DNA from: Vulcanimicrobiales bacterium
Lineage (GTDB): Bacteria > Vulcanimicrobiota > Vulcanimicrobiia > Vulcanimicrobiales > Vulcanimicrobiaceae
NCBI GenBank assembly: GCA_038231455.1
Contig: JBBRLI010000042.1
Coordinates: 1 to 12,926 of the forward strand
DNA length: 12,926 nucleotides
Direction: 5' to 3'
The position numbers and the translations under genes were made by a program. This document shows positions 7,458 to 12,926 of the stretch, in pieces. Every line of letters begins with the position of its first letter. Positions within the stretch are counted from its first letter, which is position 1. The notes beneath the pieces are model-generated. The model had not been told where the DNA came from. It saw nothing but the letters and a program-made list of their open reading frames with translations, and searched no databases.

Positions 7458-10129
7458 ACGCTGACGCTCTCTACGGCTCGACTGGTAGCGCCTCTTCCCC
7501 GTCGCCGGCTAACGATCTGTACGGCGATCCGAAAAAAAAGAAAACGAACGCCGGTCAGCCCGACATTCTCGGGACGATCCTGCACAAGCTCGGCAGCGTG
7601 GCGGGCGCAGGTGCTACGACGCTTGATCGGCTGGGCGCACCGAAGGTGATCGACATCCTCGATCGACCGCGACAAACGGTGCAGGCGGCGATCGCGGGCG
7701 ACGATCCGCTCGGCACGTTCTTGCATCACGCGAGCCCGGAGCAGCAAGACCGCGATCGAGAAATCGTGCGCAAGAAAATGGGGCTTCCAGGCGATGCCGA
7801 GCGCGCGCAGGCGCACGGCTTGCGCGGCGGCGTCGATGACTTCGCGCTCGATACCCTCACCGATCCGATGTCACTTGCCGGTGGCTTTATCTTCCGCGGC
7901 GCCGGCAAAGCGATCGGCGGCGCGCGGCGCGCGATCGGCAGCACCGCGGCGAAAGTCGCGCCCGCAACGGCGAAGAAGGCGATAGATCTCGGCCACATCA
8001 TCACCGATCCGTTCACCTACGGCGGCAGCGCAAAGCGCAATCTCGGCGAACCGCTCTACAACAAAGCGCTCGCCGCGGATAACCGCCAAGCAGCTCGCGA
8101 GGAAGAAGCCACGCGCCGCCTCACCGACCGCTTCGAGCAGCATATTTCGAAACTCGGCGAAGACGATAAGCGCACCGTGTATCAGATCCTCAACGGCGAG
8201 CGGCAGATGACCGATCCCGCGAGCGGCCGCCTCACCGTTGCCCCGCACGTCGCCGATGCGGTAGCGCATGCGCGCAAGCTCACGAACGACATGGCCGCGC
8301 TTCAAGGCGATGAGAGCGCTCGGCGCAAGCTCGCATACGGCGGCGGCAAGCTCGCGCGCACCGTGCGTACCCCAGAACGGCCGCCGAAGACCCCTGTCGC
8401 GTCGATCGACGACCTAAATGCATCAACAGTCGACAAGCGCGGCGACTACCTCTCACGCCTTGCATCATCGCTTTTTGCTGACGGTGAGAATGGAGTACTC
8501 GCCGACGGCGGTAGCGCCATCGAGAAGAATATCGGTGGTCCACGAAAACTCAAAGGCCGCGTCGATCGGCAGTACGCGCTTCCCGACGATCTCAAAGACT
8601 TCGCAGCGCCGGCGAACCAAGGCATTCTCGGCGCGGGGAATCTGCGATCAAAGTACTTGCCGGGCCCACACAACGCGGAGGCACTCGATCCGGATCGGCC
8701 GGCACAGTCATTCAACCTGCTGCGCCCGTTTGCACCGAACTCGCTGCGACGTGAAGAATTCAGCGTCGGAGAGCATACCGATGACCTTGGCAAGATCGGC
8801 GAAGCGTTCCGCGGTGCAATTCGAAACGCTGCTCGCCAGGGAACGGCCGGACGTCTTCGCGACGAGCTCAGTGTGCCGCTCAAACTCAAAGGCAACAACG
8901 CCGAGCCGGATGCGCTCAACAAACTCTTCGAGCAGACAACTCGCGCGAAGGGTAACGCGCGCAGCGGCATGGAGAAGCTCGGCGATTTCTTACAACCGAT
9001 CGTCGACTTCCCAAAGAACACCGTCACGACACTTGGCCTCAAGCATGGTCTCGTCAACGTGCCGGCGCTCGCACTCGCAGCTGAAGGCCCCGGCGCGGCA
9101 TGGGAATCTCTCGAGCCCGCGCGTCGCGCAGCTGCTCACGCGCTAACGGCCGGCAAGGCGTTCAAGCCGCGAACCGCAGCAGAGCTGTATGATCGGCACG
9201 GCGCGGCGGTCGAAGGCGGCGTGATCACTCCGTTCGCCGATCGCAAGAATCCAATCGTGGATCTCATCGGTCGCACGCCGCAGCTCGCGCGAGCTGGCAT
9301 CGGCGCCGCAGTCGGCGGAGCGGGAGGCTTTCAGAACGCGCAATCGCACGATGAGAACCCGCTGCTCGGCACGCTTGTGGGAGCCGCGATCGGCGCGGGT
9401 GCTGGCAAGTACGCACCGCAGCTGAGTCGCGGAGCGAATCAACTAACGTGGGCGATCGACGACGCGGCGAAGGCTACGGTGCTAAAACGCAAGCTCGCGC
9501 GCGGTATGCATCCGGATGAGGCCGCTGCGGAGACGATGCGCGAAATGGTCGACTATCGTCACCGCTCCGATGCGACACGCGTCGCGAGCAAGGCCGCACC
9601 GTTTGCGACGTTTCGGACGCGCATCCCGGCAGCCGTCGCCAGCGCGACAACGCGAGACCCGAAACGTGCGCTGGCACTCGATCGAGCATCGCAGGGGCTA
9701 TTCACTAATGGCAACGTGCAGATCGGTACAAACGACGACGGCACTCCGCGCAAACTGCCGTTGACCACCCCGACGTCAGATGTACTTGGCGGCATCGACG
9801 AACCGCAACGCTACGCTCGCGCCATGCTCGCCGACCCTGCGAAAGCGGTGCTCTCGCCGGTCGCGATGCACACCAACCGATTCGATCCGGCAAGCCGCGA
9901 TATGAAGAATCGTTTGCAAGATCGGTACTTCACGTACGGTTAACCGCTCACGCCGCACCAAGGCAAGGACGGCCGTTGGCGCGCGGGATTTCTTGCGCAG
10001 CAGGCAGCCGGCTACGTGCCGCTCGGACTCGGCGAAGATGTACTTAATGCGCTCGGCGTCGGCGAATACAAGTCGGAAGATTTTCTATCAGCACTGCTCG
10101 GAGCAACGCTCGGCGCGCACGTTCGCTAA
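7454..10129 (+). CDS. Large internal-virion/DNA-transfer-like protein with LPD38-like C-terminal region; in-frame TAA at 9941-9943
   Basis: 829-aa ORF to 9943 plus 61 in-frame codons to TAA 10127-10129. Repeated N-terminal LYG motif, TLTDPMSLAGG, glycine zippers (AGIGAAVGGAGG, LLGTLVGAAIGAGAG), and GMHPDEAAAETMREMVDY...PFATF. Confidence 0.6.
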
Positions 10130-10911
10130 GTCGATCGAACTAGGTGGGCTGGCTGAGCTTGGCCGATTACAAGCCAGACATCGTAGACGGAGTGAGTCCC
10201 GACCCAGAGATAAAGATTCCCCTTCTGCAACGGGATGACGGCGTAACGCTCACGGAGCTTTTGCTCCAGCTCCGCGCGATCGCGGTACTTCTGTCGCCAT
10301 GCGCGCCACGATTGGCCGACTTCCCAATCCTCGAATAGCTGCTCGTGTCCGGTGCATGAAGCATCGTCGCACGTGTACTTGTATCGAATTTCGACCGGGA
10401 GTTTTTCCAGCAGATCGTTTGGGCGTGAGGCCTTTCCGAACAAGTCAACCGCGCCACGTGCACCGATCAATTTCTCACGCTCGTCGTCGGTCCAGGCGGA
10501 GACGTCTTTGTCTTTAAACGTGAGGTCAAAAGTGGCTGGCTTGATTGGCCCAAGCGAAGCACCCGTCATTTTCAAGCTCTCGAGTGAGGTCGAAATAAGC
10601 GGTTCGACGAGTGCCCATCGAGTCGGCCAACCCTTACCCGCTGGAATTGTCTCGAGGGTGGTGATGCTCGGGACGTCCACTTTAAAGCTTTCCGAGCGCG
10701 GATCGTTCTTAGCCTTGATGACGTTGGCTTCGATCCATTGCCACTTCGCGAACTTTGTCGATTCCGCTAAGGTCCGGAACGGAATCGGAAACAGGCGAAC
10801 TAGCTTGCCGTCATCACGGATCGCAGCCGTGCAAACGACTTCTTGCAATGATGCACTCGGGTTCGGGTACGTCTTCACGACGATCAGGAATTTCCGGCGC
10901 TCCCACTCCAA
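10126..10911 (-). CDS. Dual-OB-fold-like putative nucleic-acid-binding protein (family usually found beside DUF488)
   Basis: VKTYPNPS...EVVCTAAI...VRLFPIPFR...FAKWQWI...DPRSESF, SLGPIKP, YKYTCDD...C..H...EDWE, LYLWVGT. TTG start. Visibly lower GC than the flanking genes. Confidence 0.65.
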   Translation of the reverse strand: MEWERRKFLIVVKTYPNPSASLQEVVCTAAIRDDGKLVRLFPIPFRTLAESTKFAKWQWIEANVIKAKNDPRSESFKVDVPSITTLETIPAGKGWPTRWALVEPLISTSLESLKMTGASLGPIKPATFDLTFKDKDVSAWTDDEREKLIGARGAVDLFGKASRPNDLLEKLPVEIRYKYTCDDASCTGHEQLFEDWEVGQSWRAWRQKYRDRAELEQKLRERYAVIPLQKGNLYLWVGTHSVYDVWLVIGQAQPAHLVRST

Positions 10912-10929
10912 CTACGCCACCCGCTCGAT

Positions 10930-11268
10930 TCAGTCGCCGTAGTAATCTTCGGCGTATTCGGCGACCACTTCCGCGTGACAAGCCGCAGGCGCGCAATGGC
11001 AAAGCAGCGTGATTTTGCCATGACGCGCAAGGTTCGCAATCCGGAACATCGCATCTTTGACCGCATCGTTGCGCTTCAGTTCGCGTGCAAGCCATTTGCG
11101 ATACTTCGCAATCACTTCGGCGCGGTCGCCGTCGACGCCGATTTTATATGGGTTTCCGAGAACGCTCGGCCGCGCGACACTGATCCCGCGATCACGTCTC
11201 AGCCTGCCGATCTGAATGTTCCCTGGTCGCCCGGGCGTGGATGCAATCTTCTCAACTCGCGCGTGCAT
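10930..11268 (-). CDS. DUF4326 family protein
   Basis: VARPSVLGNPY...RAEVIAKYRKWL...GKITLLCHCAPAACHAEVV is the DUF4326 signature. Start taken as ATG 11268. Confidence 0.88.
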   Translation of the reverse strand: MHARVEKIASTPGRPGNIQIGRLRRDRGISVARPSVLGNPYKIGVDGDRAEVIAKYRKWLARELKRNDAVKDAMFRIANLARHGKITLLCHCAPAACHAEVVAEYAEDYYGD

Positions 11269-11304
11269 GACAGGCGGCTTCGGCTTCTCGCAAACAACCC
11301 ATCC

Positions 11305-11460
11305 AAAAAAACAGAAAAAAGTGAGCGCGCACTTTCCGTACCTTTCCTTTTCGCCCCGCCCTGGGGGGCTCGCCCGTAGCGCGAGTCGACCGTCACATTG
11401 CCGGACGCGATGCGATGTTCGCAATGCCCGGAGCTGCGTGCTACCGATCGCCGCGCTCAC
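11305..11460. other. Structured non-coding region (nested stem-loops) upstream of the DUF4326 operon
   Basis: Inverted repeats: GTGAGCGCG 11321-11329/11452-11460; GTAGCGCG 11376-11383/CGTGCTAC 11437-11444; CATTGC 11396-11401/11421-11426; GCCCC/GGGGC 11353-11369; AAAGTG/CACTTT 11318-11335 next to A-tracts. Confidence 0.55.
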
Positions 11461-11490
11461 GATCAAGTGGGAACTCCGTGCGTCACCGGC

Positions 11491-11519
11491 TTGCAACGCG
11501 CTATTTAATGTTATACAAT
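11491..11519 (+). promoter_or_regulatory. Sigma70-type promoter, probably giving a leaderless RHH mRNA
   Basis: TTGCAA (11491-11496), 17 bp spacer, TACAAT (11514-11519). ATG 11526 is 6 nt downstream with no RBS. Confidence 0.8.
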
Positions 11520-11525
11520 TAATAC

Positions 11526-11717
11526 ATGGTTACGCCGGAGAAGAGGCGCGGACGACCGAAGATCGACGTCGACAATGCGCGCGTGCTGTTCACGGTACGT
11601 GTGGCACCAAAGACGTCGGACGCACTGATCGCGGAAGCCGATCGGCGCGGAGTCAGCCGCGGCATCGTGCTCGACGATCTCGTCGCAAAGCATCTTCTTC
11701 GCAAGCGGAAGACCTAA
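11526..11717 (+). CDS. Ribbon-helix-helix (CopG/Arc-like) DNA-binding protein
   Basis: KRRGRPK then VLFTVRVAPKTSDALIAEADRRGVSRGIVLDDLV (beta strand, helix, GxS, helix). Confidence 0.85.
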   Translation: MVTPEKRRGRPKIDVDNARVLFTVRVAPKTSDALIAEADRRGVSRGIVLDDLVAKHLLRKRKT

Positions 11718-11781
11718 CAAACGAAGCGGCTCGGCGGTGCTACTAACACCCCGAGCCTGGCCACCGAAAGGGATACAATCG

Positions 11782-12123
11782 ATGACGACCCTTACTTCGA
11801 CGACCGCCACCCAGCCGACCTCGATCGACGTTGCAGCGCTCGAACTCCTCTGCTCGCTCTACCTCGCTCGCAAGTACGGCGAAGAGCAGCCCGCCGCGTG
11901 GTGCGAAGACGCTCCGGGGAACGCGGCAGCGCGCATCGTTGGCATCGAAACCCATGGCGAGCAACGCTTCGATGCTCACACGGCGTTCGGCTCCGGCTTC
12001 GAACTTGGCGTGCGGATCGCGGTCGCGATCGCGAGTAATCCGCTGGGCGATGTGGCAAGCTCGATCGATGCCGAGGTCGCGCGCACTCGTGCGTGGCTCG
12101 CCGGCTTCTCGTCGACACCGTGA
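11782..12123 (+). CDS. Hypothetical protein (113 aa)
   Basis: GAAAGGGA RBS before ATG 11782. MTTLTSTTATQPTSIDVAALELLCSLYLARKY...AFGSGFELGVRIA. Confidence 0.75.
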   Translation: MTTLTSTTATQPTSIDVAALELLCSLYLARKYGEEQPAAWCEDAPGNAAARIVGIETHGEQRFDAHTAFGSGFELGVRIAVAIASNPLGDVASSIDAEVARTRAWLAGFSSTP

Positions 12124-12133
12124 AAGGCACCGC

Positions 12134-12256
12134 ATGATCGTTCCCGACAGTCCCGCTGCGCGTCGGTTCTTGGATCTGGCTTACGAGCTGTTCGTCGTCA
12201 AAGCGTCGACAGCACCATCGGCCAAACGTAAACCGAAGAAGCGCGGTAAATCCTGA
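12134..12256 (+). CDS. Small basic protein (40 aa)
   Basis: GAAAGG RBS, ATG 12134: MIVPDSPAARRFLDLAYELFVVKASTAPSAKRKPKKRGKS. Followed by a terminator. Confidence 0.6.
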   Translation: MIVPDSPAARRFLDLAYELFVVKASTAPSAKRKPKKRGKS

Positions 12257-12275
12257 TCGAAGCGCCGATCAAACC

Positions 12276-12301
12276 AAGCCCGCGACCACCGCGGGCTTTT
12301 T
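12276..12301 (+). terminator. Intrinsic terminator between convergent genes
   Basis: AAGCCCGCG-ACCAC-CGCGGGCTT; the T run extends to TTTTT (12297-12301). Confidence 0.85.
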
Positions 12302-12607
12302 CTATCGCGGTCGCGGCCGATAGACTTTTGAGTCGGCGTCTTTCTCAGCGCACGAAAGCTCATCGCTGGTCTGCTTGCCGCTGATCGGATCTTCGAGCGA
12401 CGCGATGCACTCGCTCTCGCGCGAGAACGGACCCGCAATCGTCGTGACGTCTTGCTGGGCTTCTTGCATCCCGGACGTTCCAGTGGTCGCGTAGCTCACG
12501 GTGCGTTCGACGAACCACGCCTGCGGCTTCGCAGGGGCACGTGCAGTACAGGCGCCTAGAATCGACACCGATAGGATGACGGATACCAGGAGGCGGCGCA
12601 GCGTCAT
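12302..12607 (-). CDS. Small lipoprotein
   Basis: MTLRRLLVSVILSVSILGAC has a basic n-region, hydrophobic h-region and lipobox LGA-C. Two further Cys. Confidence 0.75.
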   Translation of the reverse strand: MTLRRLLVSVILSVSILGACTARAPAKPQAWFVERTVSYATTGTSGMQEAQQDVTTIAGPFSRESECIASLEDPISGKQTSDELSCAEKDADSKVYRPRPR

Positions 12608-12679
12608 AGCCGAGCCGATACGCCCCGGTGGCTGGCGATCCTTCGCTCGATCGCGATCTCAAAGAAGGCGCCGGGCGAC

Positions 12680-12700
12680 TCTTGGTCACTTCTTGGTCAC
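12680..12700. repeat. Tandem integrase arm-type binding sites
   Basis: TCTTGGTCAC at 12680-12689 and 12691-12700 (11-bp period), about 120 bp inside the att core. Confidence 0.65.
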
Positions 12701-12822
12701 GTCTTCTGCGTGCACTTGCGAGCAACCGCGAACATCGAATCGACACGGAAACGCCCGCGGATGTTGATCCTGCGGGCGTCTGCGAACATCTACGGACACG
12801 TGCGATTTACGGTTGAAACGCA

Positions 12823-12860
12823 TTTGAAGACCGTGCGGACCACCAGATCCGTACTCTCCC
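12823..12860 (-). tRNA. selC: 5' half of tRNA-Sec (anticodon UCA), truncated after the anticodon loop; att junction
   Basis: Minus strand GGGAGAG TA CGGATC-TGGT-GGTCCG CACGGT CTTCAAA. The 6-bp D stem with 4-nt loop and the CUUCAAA loop are tRNA-Sec hallmarks. No 3' anticodon strand, T arm or acceptor 3' strand follows. Confidence 0.85.
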
Positions 12861-12926
12861 ATCTGCGTGTGGTTTGTCGAACCCGTTCGCGCGTCCTCGG
12901 CAATTAGCGATGGAAGAACGCTGCGA

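Larger units (their letters stand above)
1..12829. mobile_element. Integrated phage-satellite/PICI-like element inserted at tRNA-Sec; left end lies just outside the window
   Basis: Gene order int-repressor / xis-xis-ZnF-primase/helicase-ori-...-cargo. Arm-type repeats and a tRNA fragment mark the right end. No structural or conjugation genes recognised. Confidence 0.85.

Noticed and set aside
7454-9943. Tape-measure protein or secreted toxin call
   Set aside because: No tail genes or tail-assembly chaperones, no periodic aromatic repeats, and no signal peptide or recognisable toxin domain. Not fully excluded.
9941-9943. Selenocysteine recoding of the internal stop, prompted by the selC target
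   Set aside because: The codon is TAA, not TGA.
11305-11460. Retron msr-msd
   Set aside because: Terminal inverted repeats are present, but there is no reverse transcriptase in the element.
11269-11496. 76-aa N-terminal extension of DUF4326, and a possible Phe-rich leader peptide (VRAHFFLFFW...) in another frame
   Set aside because: Both run through the hairpin and poly-T region, and the Phe run follows trivially from the T-tract. No independent support.
1-12829. ICE/IME or complete prophage
   Set aside because: No relaxase, coupling protein, T4SS or FtsK/TraB, and no capsid, terminase, portal, tail or lysis genes recognised.
12700-12860. Complete or intron-containing tRNA-Sec
   Set aside because: No T arm or acceptor 3' strand (CTCTCCC) follows on the minus strand.
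12360-12907. Short ORFs across the att region
   Set aside because: Arg/Ser-rich with no RBS, and they overlap the lipoprotein, att repeats and tRNA fragment.

Overview
The window holds almost all of a ~13 kb GC-rich integrated element organised like a phage satellite (PICI-like). From the left: a minus-strand tyrosine integrase missed by the ORF track (1160 to beyond base 1), translationally coupled to an HTH repressor. A divergent promoter then drives a long plus-strand operon chained by ATGA overlaps: two excisionase-like HTH genes, a stand-alone CHC2 zinc finger, a TOPRIM/AAA primase-helicase, a ~200 bp palindromic iteron array (probable origin), small zinc-finger and hypothetical genes, and two genes resembling phage DNA-ejection/pilot proteins. 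The larger of these has an in-frame TAA 61 codons before its apparent true end. Cargo follows: a DUF4326 plus dual-OB-like pair behind a structured leader, an RHH-led mini-operon and a lipoprotein. The right junction has arm-type repeats and an orphan 5' half of tRNA-Sec (selC) cut exactly after the anticodon loop. I recognise no capsid, portal, terminase, tail, lysis, relaxase or T4SS gene. The best candidate for a new system is therefore a selC-targeting satellite that borrows virions but encodes its own DNA-injection proteins. Family assignments come from motif recognition by eye, not database searches.
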